Source: Erythrobacter sp. (GTDB taxonomy: Bacteria > Pseudomonadota > Alphaproteobacteria > Sphingomonadales > Sphingomonadaceae). Taken from it: 43,731 nt of DNA. Location: positions 1 through 43,731 of the forward strand of contig JANQTR010000111.1 in assembly GCA_030731635.1 (NCBI GenBank), given 5' to 3'. Made by a program: the position numbers and the translations under genes. The notes under the pieces were generated by a model. It worked only from the letters and a program-made list of their open reading frames with translations, had not been told where the DNA came from and did not search any database. Below, piece after piece: positions 19,671-29,239 of the stretch. Each line of letters begins with the position of its first letter. Position 1 is the stretch's first letter.

Positions 19671-19824
19671 TGGTGATTTTTCCGAAAGTCAGGAGTGGCC
19701 GGATGGTCAGTGCCTCTTGATCAGAGGTGTCTTGCAGGTGTCGCCGGAATGGCGGGCAAGACCGGGCTTGGAGAAAGCAGACCTGTTTGGAGCGAACCGC
19801 TCCGTTTACCGGTAAGGTGAAAGC

Positions 19825-19853
19825 GAAATAGGAGCCGCGGCGCGCAAGGTCAA
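19825..19853 (-). promoter_or_regulatory. putative sigma70 promoter of rho
   Basis: TTGACC-N17-TATTTC. Confidence 0.6.
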
Positions 19854-19890
19854 TCGCCGAAATGCGCGCCGCTCGGGCTCAGGAAGTTTT

Positions 19891-20334
19891 TTAGAACGGC
19901 TTGAGATAAACCAGCAGCACGATCACGATCAGCAGCAACCCTGGCACTTCGCCGATCAACCGCAGCCGCGCTTCGGTAAGTGGGCGTTCACCCCGCGCCA
20001 TCTTCTTGGTCTGCGCTACCAGCCAGCCGTGATAGCCCGTCAGCAACAGCACCAGCGTTAGCTTGGCATGGAGCCAACCGGCTGAGAAAAAGCCCTGAGT
20101 AGCCGCCATCGTCAGGCCGAGCACCCAGACGATGATCATGCTGGGGGTAAGGATGATCTTGCGCAGCTTGCCCATCCGCACCGCCCACTTGGCCTCACCT
20201 TCAGAACCCGGCGCATGGTCGAGCATGTAGATGCACTGGCGCGGCAGCATGAACAGCCCCGCCAGCCAGAACACCATGAAGATCACATGCCCCGATTTGA
20301 GGAACAGGTAGATCGACAACAGCAGGTCTTGCAC
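19891..20334 (-). CDS. hemJ: protoporphyrinogen IX oxidase HemJ
   Basis: KSGHVIFMVFWLAGLFMLPR, WLHAKL.LV...GYH, EVP; lies between hemE and rho. Confidence 0.88.
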   Translation of the reverse strand: MQDLLLSIYLFLKSGHVIFMVFWLAGLFMLPRQCIYMLDHAPGSEGEAKWAVRMGKLRKIILTPSMIIVWVLGLTMAATQGFFSAGWLHAKLTLVLLLTGYHGWLVAQTKKMARGERPLTEARLRLIGEVPGLLLIVIVLLVYLKPF

Positions 20335-20338
20335 CGGC

Positions 20339-21355
20339 TTAACCCCTCAACGCTGTGAGCAATTCCTCGACATGGGCAATCGGGGTGAATTGCCCGATCC
20401 CATGGCCGAGGTTGAAGACATGCGGCCGATCCTCGAACGCCGCGATGATGGTGCGCAGCCGCTCTGCCATCGCCGGGCCGCCCGCTTCGAGCAGCAGCGG
20501 ATCGAAATTGCCCTGCACCGGCATACCGGCCGGCAGGCTGGCATGGGCCCAGGCCGGATCAAGCGTTTCGTCGAGACCCACCGCATTCACACCCGTTTCG
20601 CGGGCATAGGCGGGCAGTTTTGCGCCCGCGCCTTTGGGAAAGCCGATCACCGGCGTATCGGGATGCGATGCCTTGAGCGCGGCGGTAATCGCAGCATTGG
20701 GCGCAACCACCCACTTTTCAAACTGATCAGGCGCAAGACTGCCAGCCCAGCTGTCAAACAGCTGCACCGCTTCGGCTCCGGCATCGATCTGGCCGCGCAG
20801 ATAGGTGATCGAAACCGCGATAATCGCATCGATAATCGCCTGCATATGCGCCGGGTCGCGGTAAGCCAGCAATCGCGCCGGGCCCTGATCCTTGGACCCT
20901 TCACCTGCAATCATGTAGGTTGCCACCGTCCACGGGCTCCCCGCAAAGCCGAGCATCGTGACCTCCGGACCGATCAGCGCGCGGGTGCGGCGCACGGTTT
21001 CATAGACCGGCTCAAACCGTTCAAACGCCGGGGTAAAGCTATCCAGCCCGGCTTCGAGCAGGGTCGGTGCGAGATGCGGCCCTTCACCAGCGGCAAAGGT
21101 CAGCCCCTGCCCCATCGCATGCGGCACAATCAGGATATCGGAAAACAGGATCGCCCCATCAAACCCGAACCGCCGGATCGGCTGGACGGTGATTTCAGCG
21201 GCCGCTTCGCTATCATAAACCAGTTCAAGAAACCCGCCCTTTTCAGCCCGAAGTTCCCGGTATTCAGGCAGATAGCGCCCCGCTTGGCGCATCAGCCAGA
21301 CGGGGGCAACGTCCTGACGGACACCTTTGAGCGTATCGAGTAATGGTCCAGGCAT
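20339..21355 (-). CDS. hemE: uroporphyrinogen decarboxylase
   Basis: PVWLMRQAGRYLPEY, ILFSDIL, GFAGSPWT, QLFDSW, FNLGHG. Confidence 0.97.
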   Translation of the reverse strand: MPGPLLDTLKGVRQDVAPVWLMRQAGRYLPEYRELRAEKGGFLELVYDSEAAAEITVQPIRRFGFDGAILFSDILIVPHAMGQGLTFAAGEGPHLAPTLLEAGLDSFTPAFERFEPVYETVRRTRALIGPEVTMLGFAGSPWTVATYMIAGEGSKDQGPARLLAYRDPAHMQAIIDAIIAVSITYLRGQIDAGAEAVQLFDSWAGSLAPDQFEKWVVAPNAAITAALKASHPDTPVIGFPKGAGAKLPAYARETGVNAVGLDETLDPAWAHASLPAGMPVQGNFDPLLLEAGGPAMAERLRTIIAAFEDRPHVFNLGHGIGQFTPIAHVEELLTALRG

Positions 21356-21702
21356 AGAGATCCTTTAAACAAATCTAATCAAATTATAAAAGGATTGATG
21401 GAGTCTGTTGGCCCTGTGGATTCCGGGAATTACCAGCCACTGCGTGGTTACCCCCAGCCTCAACAGGCCCAATCACCCCCCAGCGAATCCGCATGGATTG
21501 GACGTCAAGCGGGCTTTATCCCCACTCTTCCCAGCCTGTCGACAAAACCCCGCGCATTGTGGGCAAATACCCCGAGAAAATGCCTGTCAGTGGGTACGAA
21601 AATTGCTCCCCTGCTTGTGAGCCCCCCTCTCCCGTGGTTTATGCGGTGTTCTGTCCACAGCCCTCAAATCGACCAACCCCGGGGCAGCGAGTGCGAATCA
21701 GC
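21356..21702. other. oriC: putative chromosomal replication origin (oriC)
   Basis: Position between divergent hemE and DUF299 genes, as for Caulobacter Cori; AT-rich tract 21364-21396; DnaA-box-like TGTGGATTC (21415), TTATCCCCA (21516), TGTGGGCAA (21558), CTGTCCACA (21651); four GANTC sites; parS cluster nearby. Confidence 0.8.
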
Positions 21703-22548
21703 ATGAACCGTCTTAACCTGCATCTCGTCTCCGATTCGACCGGTGAAACGCTGGAAATGATCGCCAAGGCGGCCTTGGCGCAGTTTGATGATCCGGTGGT
21801 CAACCGCCATTTCTGGCCGATGGTGCGGTCGCTGCAGCATCTTGACCGGATCGTGCCCGATCTCGCCGCGCATCCCGGACTGGTGTTTTATACCTTGGTG
21901 AACCCTGATACCCGCAAACGGTTGGAAGAGCATTGCCGCCATCTGGGCCTGCCGGCGGTGCCGGTGCTCGATCAGGTCACCGCCGCGCTGGAAAGTCAGC
22001 TGGGACAGGAGGCGCATGGTCGCCCCGGCCGTCAGCACATGATGAATGACGATTATTTCAAGCGGGTCGACGCGATTCAATACACCATCGCCCATGATGA
22101 CGGCCTCGCCCATGAAGAGTGGGAGGAGGCGGATATTCTGCTGGTCGGGGTGTCGCGATCATCCAAGACGCCGACCAGTATCTACCTCGCCAATCGTGGG
22201 TACAAGGTCGCCAATATCCCGTTGGTGGTCGAAAGCCCGCCGCCGACGACGCTGTATCGCTTGCGCCATCCGCTGGTGGTCGGGTTGACCACAAGCCCCG
22301 AGAGGCTGGTGCAGATCCGTCGCAATCGTCTGCTATCGCTCAACGAAGCGACAGAGACCGCCTATGTGGATAATGATCGGGTGAAAGCCGAGCTGCAATT
22401 TGCGCGGCGGATGTTCGCCGATAATGGCTGGCCGGTGATCGATGTTACCCGCCGCTCGATCGAGGAAACTGCGGCGGCGATTATCCGGCTGGCGCAGGAA
22501 CGCGGCCGCAAACCAGCGAGCGAAGGCGGAGTGGGTCAGCCGATATGA
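21703..22548 (+). CDS. pyruvate,phosphate/water dikinase regulatory kinase-pyrophosphorylase (DUF299)
   Basis: HLVSDSTGETL, HDDG, ADILLVGVSRSSKTPTSIYLA, DVTRRSIEETAA; start trimmed to ATG 21703. Confidence 0.93.
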   Translation: MNRLNLHLVSDSTGETLEMIAKAALAQFDDPVVNRHFWPMVRSLQHLDRIVPDLAAHPGLVFYTLVNPDTRKRLEEHCRHLGLPAVPVLDQVTAALESQLGQEAHGRPGRQHMMNDDYFKRVDAIQYTIAHDDGLAHEEWEEADILLVGVSRSSKTPTSIYLANRGYKVANIPLVVESPPPTTLYRLRHPLVVGLTTSPERLVQIRRNRLLSLNEATETAYVDNDRVKAELQFARRMFADNGWPVIDVTRRSIEETAAAIIRLAQERGRKPASEGGVGQPI

Positions 22549-23144
22549 GTGACATTCCGCGTCTGATCCTCGCCAGCAAATCCGCCTCACGCCGGGCCAT
22601 GCTCGATGCCGCAGGCGTGATCTACGAGGCAGTGCCTGCCGATATTGACGAGCGCGCGGTTGAGGCCGGGTTGGCAGACGCATCCCCCAGCGAGGTGGCC
22701 GAGGCGCTAAGCGTCGCCAAGGCGGCAGCGGTGGCAGTGCTGCACCCCCATGCCCTAGTGCTGGGTTCGGATTCGCTCGTGGTGGTTGAAGGCCGCCGCT
22801 TCGACAAGCCGCGCGCCGCCGATGAAGCCGCCGAACATCTGCGGTTCTTCTCAGGCAAGGTGATGGAACTCCACAGCGCTGCTGCTCTCGTTCGCAATGG
22901 CGGCTGCGAATGGAGTCACGCCAGCATCGCCCGGCTGCACGTGCGCGATCTGTCGGAGGCGTTTATCGCAGATTATCTCCGCCTTGAATGGCCTGCGATC
23001 AGCCACACTGTTGGCGCTTTCCGGATTGAGGGGCCGGGGGTGCAATTGTTCGATCAGATCGAAGGTGATCAGTTCACCGTGCTCGGGATGCCGCTGCTTC
23101 CGCTGCTGGGCGCACTGCGCGAGGCAGGGGTGTTGATCGCATGA
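22545..23144 (+). CDS. maf: Maf family nucleotide pyrophosphatase
   Basis: LILASKSASRR, IDE, GSDS, KP, GAFRIEG, VLGMPL. Confidence 0.92.
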   Translation: MSDIPRLILASKSASRRAMLDAAGVIYEAVPADIDERAVEAGLADASPSEVAEALSVAKAAAVAVLHPHALVLGSDSLVVVEGRRFDKPRAADEAAEHLRFFSGKVMELHSAAALVRNGGCEWSHASIARLHVRDLSEAFIADYLRLEWPAISHTVGAFRIEGPGVQLFDQIEGDQFTVLGMPLLPLLGALREAGVLIA

Positions 23145-23998
23145 CCCGCGTCTATGCCGAAGTGATCGGCGATCCGATTGCGCATTCGAAATCGCCTGTG
23201 ATCCACAATTTCTGGCTGGAAAAACTGGGCATTGATGCCGAGTATCGCGCCTGCCACGTCCGGCCCGAGGGGCTGGCCGAATACCTCACTGCTCGTCGCG
23301 AAGACCCGGCGTGGCGTGGGTGCAATGTCACCATGCCGCACAAGCAGACGGTGATCCCGTTGCTCGCCACAATCCAACCGCCTGCTGATGCGATTGGTGC
23401 TGTCAACACGATCTACCCCGCAACTGATCGCGTGCTTGCCGGTACCACAACCGATGCGGCCGGCTTTCTTGAACCGCTGGCGGATCATCTGGCTGCCACC
23501 CACTACTTCCGCATGGCGCGGATCATGGGCACCGGCGGCGCGGCGCGGGCGATTATTGCCGCGCTGGCTGACAAGGGCTTCACGCTGGTGGTGGCAGGCC
23601 GTGATCCGGGCAAGGCGCGCGCGTTGCTCGATGAACTCGCGCCCAAGGGGGAACATCATGCGATTGACCTGGCGCATTTTGCCGATCCGACCGATTTTGC
23701 CTTTGACGACCGCGATGCCTGCCTTGATCTGGTGATCAATGCGTCGTCGCTGGGGATGCAAGGGCAGCCGCCTTTGCTGTTCGATTGGAGCCATGCCCCG
23801 CCGGGCAGCATTGCCTATGACATCGTCACCGCCCCGCTCGACACACCCTTCCTCCAGGGCGCGCGGGCCAAGCGCTTCGCCACGATTGACGGCTATGCGA
23901 TGCTCATCGGCCAGGCCGCCGCGGCGTTTGAACGCTTTTTTGGTCAGCCTGCCCCGCGCGAACATGATGCCGAACTGCGCGAGCTTCTGATCCGGTGA
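23141..23998 (+). CDS. aroE: shikimate dehydrogenase
   Basis: IGDPIAHSKSP, NVTMPHK, IGAVNT, GTGGAARA, DG..MLIGQA. Confidence 0.93.
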   Translation: MTRVYAEVIGDPIAHSKSPVIHNFWLEKLGIDAEYRACHVRPEGLAEYLTARREDPAWRGCNVTMPHKQTVIPLLATIQPPADAIGAVNTIYPATDRVLAGTTTDAAGFLEPLADHLAATHYFRMARIMGTGGAARAIIAALADKGFTLVVAGRDPGKARALLDELAPKGEHHAIDLAHFADPTDFAFDDRDACLDLVINASSLGMQGQPPLLFDWSHAPPGSIAYDIVTAPLDTPFLQGARAKRFATIDGYAMLIGQAAAAFERFFGQPAPREHDAELRELLIR

Positions 23999-24579
23999 CT
24001 CAGCCCAAGATCATCGGCCTCACCGGATCCATCGGGATGGGCAAGTCGACCGTCGCCGCGATGTTTGCCGACGCCGGCATCCCGGTGTTCGATGCCGATG
24101 CCGAAGTGCGCGCGATGCAGGGCGCAGGCGGTGAACTCGTCCCGGCGATCGAAGCTGCTTTTCCCGGATCGACCGGGCCGGACGGAGTCGACCGCGACAG
24201 GCTCGGTCATCAGGTATTTGCCGACCCTGCCGCGCTCGCGCGGCTGGAAGCCATCGTCCACCCTGCTGTGGCGGCCAGGCGCGCCGCGTTCCTTGCCCGG
24301 CATCACGACAAGCCTGCCGTGGTGTTCGATATCCCGCTGCTGTTCGAACGCGGCGGACACGCCAGCGCCGATATCATTGTGGTCGTCTCCGCACCGGCAG
24401 ACATTCAGCGCGCCCGCGTGCTCGCCCGCCCCGGCATGACGCGCGAAAAATTCGAACATATTGTCAGCTTGCAACTTCACGACAGCGAAAAACGCGCCCG
24501 CGCCGATCATGTCATCGACACCGGCACCAGCCTTGCAGAAACCCGCGCACAGGTCGCTGCGCTGATTGCTTCATTTTGA
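23995..24579 (+). CDS. coaE: dephospho-CoA kinase
   Basis: IIGLTGSIGMGKST, DAD, IVHPAV, DIPLLFE. Confidence 0.95.
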   Translation: MTQPKIIGLTGSIGMGKSTVAAMFADAGIPVFDADAEVRAMQGAGGELVPAIEAAFPGSTGPDGVDRDRLGHQVFADPAALARLEAIVHPAVAARRAAFLARHHDKPAVVFDIPLLFERGGHASADIIVVVSAPADIQRARVLARPGMTREKFEHIVSLQLHDSEKRARADHVIDTGTSLAETRAQVAALIASF

Positions 24580-24628
24580 TTGCAAGCAGCGCTTGCAACC
24601 TGCCCAGCTTGGGAGGATAGTGCTGCCA

Positions 24629-25336
24629 ATGCGTGAAGTTATTTTCGACACCGAGACCACCGGACTCGATCCCAAGAGCGGGGACCGGATGGTGGAAATC
24701 GGCTGTATCGAAATGATCGGCCGGGTTGAAACGGGCCGCAGTTTTCACGCCTACTTCAACCCTGATCGCGACATGCCGCCCGAAGCGGAACGGGTGCATG
24801 GCCTGTCCGCAGCGTTCCTGGCGACCAAGCCGCGCTTTGCGGAAAGTGTCGATGAATTGCTCGAATTTCTCGGCGACGCGCCGCTGGTAGCGCATAATGC
24901 GAGCTTTGATTTCGGGTTCCTCAACAACGAACTGGAAAAGATCGGTCGCGCCGCGATCAATCTTGATCGGATGATCGATACCGTGGCGATCGCGCGCAAA
25001 CGCCATCCCGGCGCGAAGCTGTCGCTGGATGCGCTGTGTTCGCGCTATGGGATTGATCGCAGTCACCGTGTGAAACACGGCGCGCTGCTCGATGCCGAAC
25101 TTCTGGCGCAGGTCTATGTCGAATTGAACGGGGGGCGGCAGATCGGGCTTGGCCTGGTCGACAGTCCCGCCGCTGATACGGCTACTGCAGCCACACCCAC
25201 CGCCAACGCGCCCTGGCATCGCCCTTCGGGTGACCGCCCGCGGCGCGATCCCCGCCCGCATGCTGCCAGCCCGGAGGAGCTGGAACGCCATGCCGCATTT
25301 GTTGCTGGTATCGACGACGCGATCTGGACCCGCTGA
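24629..25336 (+). CDS. dnaQ: DNA polymerase III epsilon subunit
   Basis: MREVIFDTETTG, AHNASFD, HGALLDA, QIGLGL clamp-binding motif. Confidence 0.95.
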   Translation: MREVIFDTETTGLDPKSGDRMVEIGCIEMIGRVETGRSFHAYFNPDRDMPPEAERVHGLSAAFLATKPRFAESVDELLEFLGDAPLVAHNASFDFGFLNNELEKIGRAAINLDRMIDTVAIARKRHPGAKLSLDALCSRYGIDRSHRVKHGALLDAELLAQVYVELNGGRQIGLGLVDSPAADTATAATPTANAPWHRPSGDRPRRDPRPHAASPEELERHAAFVAGIDDAIWTR

Positions 25337-25400
25337 CCAAGGACGGGCACAGCCGCGCTAATTATGCGATCCTCGTCATCTTAAGGAGGACTAAAGTATC

Positions 25401-25967
25401 ATGGATATTCGAATTTCTGGCCACCAGATGGAAACCGGCGTGGCCTTGCAGGAACATGCCGCTGATCGGCTTGGCACCATCGTCGAGAAATATTTCGACC
25501 GCGCCCTCTCCTCCCATGTCACCTTTGGTAAAGCGCCCGCTGGCGCTTTCACTTGCGACATCATCACCCATGTGATGCAGGGCCTGATCCTGAAAGCGCA
25601 AGGCTCCGCCCCCGATGCGCACATCGCGCTCGATGATGCGGCGACCAAGATCGAAAAACAGCTGCGTCGTTACAAGCGCCGCCTGACTGACCGGCACGAA
25701 GCCGCCAACCATTCGCGCGCAGAAGAAGATGCCGCCTACACCATCTTTGCAGTTGACGAGGATGACGAGCAGGAGGTGATTGCCGATGCCCCGCTGGTGA
25801 TTGCCGAAACGCGGGTCGACATCCCTACTGCCAGTGTCGCGGATGCCGTGATGATGATGGATCTGCGGAACACCACCGCGCTGTTTTTCAAAAATGCTGG
25901 CACGCAGCGGCATAATATGGTTTACCGCCGGGCCGACGGTTCGATCGGTTGGGTCGAACCGAAATAG
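25401..25967 (+). CDS. hpf: long ribosome hibernation promoting factor
   Basis: IRISGHQM, KIEKQLRRYKRRL, SVADAVMMM, NMVYRRADGSIGWVEP. Confidence 0.93.
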   Translation: MDIRISGHQMETGVALQEHAADRLGTIVEKYFDRALSSHVTFGKAPAGAFTCDIITHVMQGLILKAQGSAPDAHIALDDAATKIEKQLRRYKRRLTDRHEAANHSRAEEDAAYTIFAVDEDDEQEVIADAPLVIAETRVDIPTASVADAVMMMDLRNTTALFFKNAGTQRHNMVYRRADGSIGWVEPK

Positions 25968-26141
25968 AGCCGGGGTCTACCATTTCTGCGAGCGCTATGG
26001 CGGGCGACAGATCGGATCCATAGCAAGGCTCAGGCGGGAATAGCAGGAGGGGCTTTGCCCCGTTCCGGAGAAGCTGTTCCAGCCGATCCGGACCGGCTCT
26101 ACGCCACATTGCGGCGCTTTCATTCGGGATCTGCAAACACC

Positions 26142-26603
26142 ATGGACGTCAATCTGGCATTCTTACCGCAGGCAATTGCCTTTGCCCGGATCGATACCAA
26201 GACCAAAGTGCTGGCTCAGACCGCGCAATTGCTGAGTGATGCCTACGGACTTGATGCAGGACAGGTGCTGGAAAGCCTCGAAGCGCGTGAAGCCCTGGGC
26301 AGCACCGGGTTCGGGCGCGGCGTGGCGATCCCGCACTGCCGCAGCAAGGATATCCGCCGCCCGTCACTGGCGCTGATCCGGCTCGAGACGCCGATCGACT
26401 TTGCCGCTGCCGATGCGCGTCCGGTAACGCTGATCTGCGGGTTGGTTTCACCTGAAAACGCGGGGGCGACCCATCTTCATGCTCTGGCCGCACTTTCGCG
26501 ACTGACGCGCGATGAAACGATGTTGCAGATGCTCGCAGAAGCGCCGACGACCGAAGCTGTCTATGCGCTGCTGACCAACCAGTTCCAGCGCGACGCTGCC
26601 TGA
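26142..26603 (+). CDS. ptsN: PTS EIIA(Ntr)
   Basis: REALGSTGFGRGVAIPH with phospho-His, HLHALAALSR. Confidence 0.9.
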   Translation: MDVNLAFLPQAIAFARIDTKTKVLAQTAQLLSDAYGLDAGQVLESLEAREALGSTGFGRGVAIPHCRSKDIRRPSLALIRLETPIDFAAADARPVTLICGLVSPENAGATHLHALAALSRLTRDETMLQMLAEAPTTEAVYALLTNQFQRDAA

Positions 26604-26619
26604 CCCGAAGTGATGTGTC

Positions 26620-27099
26620 ATGGACGGCAGTGACGACACTTCCCTTGCGACCGGAGCAGAGCAGCATCACCGTGCGCTCGAACGCCTCTACGCCTCTGCG
26701 CCGATCAATCGCAAATTCGGCTCAAGCTTGCATATACCGGGCGAAGGCTTGTCGCGGTTAGAGTTCATGGTGACGCCTGAAGATTACCACGCGGCGGGCG
26801 CGGCGCATGGGACGATCTATTTCAAGATGCTCGACGATGCAGCGTTCTATGCTGCCAACACGCTGGCGACCGACCGGTTTTTGCTGACAACCAGCTTCAA
26901 CCTCCACTTTTCGCGTCCGGTGCGCGAAGGCCGCGTGATCGCCGAAGGGCGCTGGGTCACAGGCAAGCGCCGGGTGTTCGTTGCCGAAGCGCGGCTGGTG
27001 GACACATCGGGCGAGGAAATCGGGCGCGGCACCGGCACCTTCATGCGTTCACGCATGGCGCTCTCCAGCCTGCCGGGCTACGCGGCGGACGGGCTCTAG
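26620..27099 (+). CDS. PaaI-family hot-dog thioesterase
   Basis: HAAGAAHG.IYFKMLDDAA. Confidence 0.85.
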   Translation: MDGSDDTSLATGAEQHHRALERLYASAPINRKFGSSLHIPGEGLSRLEFMVTPEDYHAAGAAHGTIYFKMLDDAAFYAANTLATDRFLLTTSFNLHFSRPVREGRVIAEGRWVTGKRRVFVAEARLVDTSGEEIGRGTGTFMRSRMALSSLPGYAADGL

Positions 27100-27100
27100 A

Positions 27101-27436
27101 GTGACCGCACGGCTGCCCGCCCACCTTGAGGTCAGCGCGATTCTGCGGCTGGCCGAATCGCTTGGCGGCTATGCGACCGTGCTTGCCAAAGGGGAGCGCG
27201 ATGCGGGCACGATCCTGCTTGTAACCCTGTGTCGCGGGACCAATGCTACGCTTTACGAAAGAATGCCGGGCCTTGATGATTCCCGTTCTTTTGTTGCGAC
27301 AAAACACGAAAACCCTGAAAATAAGCAGGATTTTTCGGATTATCTGGCGCGCAGACGCCGTCAGGATGCCGATATCTGGTTAATCGAGGTAGATATCGCG
27401 GATCCCGAACGGTTCGTCGCGCAATTGGCCGATTAG
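27101..27436 (+). CDS. DUF1491 family protein
   Basis: RLPAHLEVSA, VLAKGERDAGTILL, RRQDADIWLIEVD. Confidence 0.8.
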   Translation: MTARLPAHLEVSAILRLAESLGGYATVLAKGERDAGTILLVTLCRGTNATLYERMPGLDDSRSFVATKHENPENKQDFSDYLARRRRQDADIWLIEVDIADPERFVAQLAD

Positions 27437-27634
27437 CGTTGACGTAAACGGCAGGCTGGCTACGGGCCCGCTCACTTCTCCAGCGCAGGCTGACCGCACG
27501 GCATTTCGGCCGTTTGATCAGCACGCAGACGGGGAGCGGCCGGCAGGCGTCATTGAACCCCCCACAATCTGTCATGATTTGGATAAGGTTCCCGCCTGCG
27601 CCAGTGCCCGCTCACCGCCCGATTTGTAGATTGC

Positions 27635-28291
27635 ATGAGTCGCAAGACTGTCTCGATTGCTGCGATTACCACTATGGTTCTCGCATCCACTATGTTCCCC
27701 GGCCTTGATAGTGCTGCAGCGCTGGCTCAGGCGGCCAATGATCAATTCGTAGCGGCCCCTGCGGCTGAACCTGTCGAACTGGTGCCCGAACAACCCGTCA
27801 CCTTCGTATCGCAGGAAGTGGTGCAATCACTGCCCGAGCGCGAACTTGCCCCTGAACCCGTTCTCACCGAAGCCGGATCACTCGGCGAGCTGATCGGCAT
27901 GGTCGATACCGCCGCACCGCTGAGCGAAGAGATGCACTGCCTTGCAGGCGCGGTCTATTTCGAAGCGCGCGGAGAACCGCTGACCGGCCAGCTTGCCGTG
28001 GCGCAGGTGATCATCAATCGTTCGGAAGATGGCCGTTTCCCCGGTTCCTATTGCGGTGTTGTCGGCCAGCCGGGTCAGTTCTCCTTCATGCGCGGCAAGC
28101 AGATGCCAAAGGCCCGCACCGGAACTGTCGCCTGGACCCGCGCCGTCGCGATTGCTGCAATCGCCGACAAGGGCCTGTGGGAATCTGAAGCGGGCGACGC
28201 GGTGTTCTTCCACGCCAAATATGTGCGGCCCAGCTGGAGCATGCGCAAAACGCGGCTCGCCCAGATCGACACGCATATCTTTTATCGTTGA
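27635..28291 (+). CDS. SleB-type cell wall hydrolase (Hydrolase_2)
   Basis: Signal peptide; CLAGAVYFEARGE, AVAQVIINR, QFSF, FFHAKYVRPSW, HIFYR. Confidence 0.92.
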   Translation: MSRKTVSIAAITTMVLASTMFPGLDSAAALAQAANDQFVAAPAAEPVELVPEQPVTFVSQEVVQSLPERELAPEPVLTEAGSLGELIGMVDTAAPLSEEMHCLAGAVYFEARGEPLTGQLAVAQVIINRSEDGRFPGSYCGVVGQPGQFSFMRGKQMPKARTGTVAWTRAVAIAAIADKGLWESEAGDAVFFHAKYVRPSWSMRKTRLAQIDTHIFYR

Positions 28292-28394
28292 TTAGCTCGG
28301 TCCTCGCGGCTGTTGTGGGGGCAAGCCCCCACGCCACTGCGGGCGACCGGCCGGGCTTGCGGCGCTTTACGCCGGGACAGCCTATTCTGATGTT

Positions 28395-29201
28395 TCAGGA
28401 AGAAAGCTTCACCCAGACAGGGGTATGATCGCTCGCCTTTTCGCGTCCACGATATTCCTTGTCGACGCCCACGGATTCGAGGCGATCTGCGCATTCGGGT
28501 GACAGCAGAATGTGGTCGATCCGAAAGCCGTGGTCACGTTGCCAGGCACCCGCCTGATAGTCCCAGTATGTCCACACTCCGCCACGCGGATTGTGGGTCC
28601 GCAATGCGTCGGTCCAGCCATCCCCCAGCATCCGCGCATAGGCGGCGCGCGATTCGGGCTGCATCAGCGCGTCATCCTGCATTGCCTTGACCGACCAGGT
28701 ATCGTCATCTTCGGGAATGACGTTGAAATCGCCGAGCACCACTGCGGGCGTTTCTTCGGCCCAGATTGCGGCCATGCGGGCGCGTAAACGCTCCATCCAC
28801 GCCAGCTTATAAGTGAATTTCGGGCCCGGATGCGGGTTGCCGTTGGGCAGGTACAGGCAGGCGATCCGCACGCCCGAGACATCCGCCTCAAGATAGCGCG
28901 CCTGTTCCTCGTCGCCCCCATCTTGGTTGGTATTCGGGCCGGGTATGCCCAGCCCCCGTTGCACTTCGGTGAGGGTGTATCCAGCCCGGGTATCAACCAG
29001 AATGGCAACCCCGTTGAAGCTTTTCTGCCCGTGCCAGATGGCGGCATATCCCAGCGCCTCAAAATCAGCAGCGGGAAAGCCTTCGTCCTGTGATTTGATT
29101 TCCTGCAGGCAGGCGACGGCGGGGCGCGTTTCGGCAAGCCATTCGAGCAGGCGCGGCAGGCGCGCCTTGATCCCGTTGATGTTGAAGGTGGCGATTTTCA
29201 T
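28395..29201 (-). CDS. xth: exodeoxyribonuclease III
   Basis: MKIATFNING, LQEIK, YLPNGN, GDFN, RIDHIL, SDHTPV. Confidence 0.95.
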   Translation of the reverse strand: MKIATFNINGIKARLPRLLEWLAETRPAVACLQEIKSQDEGFPAADFEALGYAAIWHGQKSFNGVAILVDTRAGYTLTEVQRGLGIPGPNTNQDGGDEEQARYLEADVSGVRIACLYLPNGNPHPGPKFTYKLAWMERLRARMAAIWAEETPAVVLGDFNVIPEDDDTWSVKAMQDDALMQPESRAAYARMLGDGWTDALRTHNPRGGVWTYWDYQAGAWQRDHGFRIDHILLSPECADRLESVGVDKEYRGREKASDHTPVWVKLSS

Positions 29202-29239
29202 GCCCGCCCTGATGCCTCAGAAGCGCGCGCGGGTCTAAC

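Noticed and set aside
21493-21702. 70-aa N-terminal extension of the DUF299 ORF and small ORFs at 21395-21706
   Set aside because: They overlap the putative oriC, and family similarity begins at MNRLNLHLVSDSTGET (21703).
26444-26459. parS-like GGTTTCACCTGAAAAC in ptsN
   Set aside because: It has several mismatches including the central CACGTG and is explained by the coding sequence (VSPEN).
25401-26603. hpf-ptsN without an upstream rpoN
   Set aside because: This is most simply a lineage rearrangement; there is no pseudogene remnant in the 64-bp gap after dnaQ.
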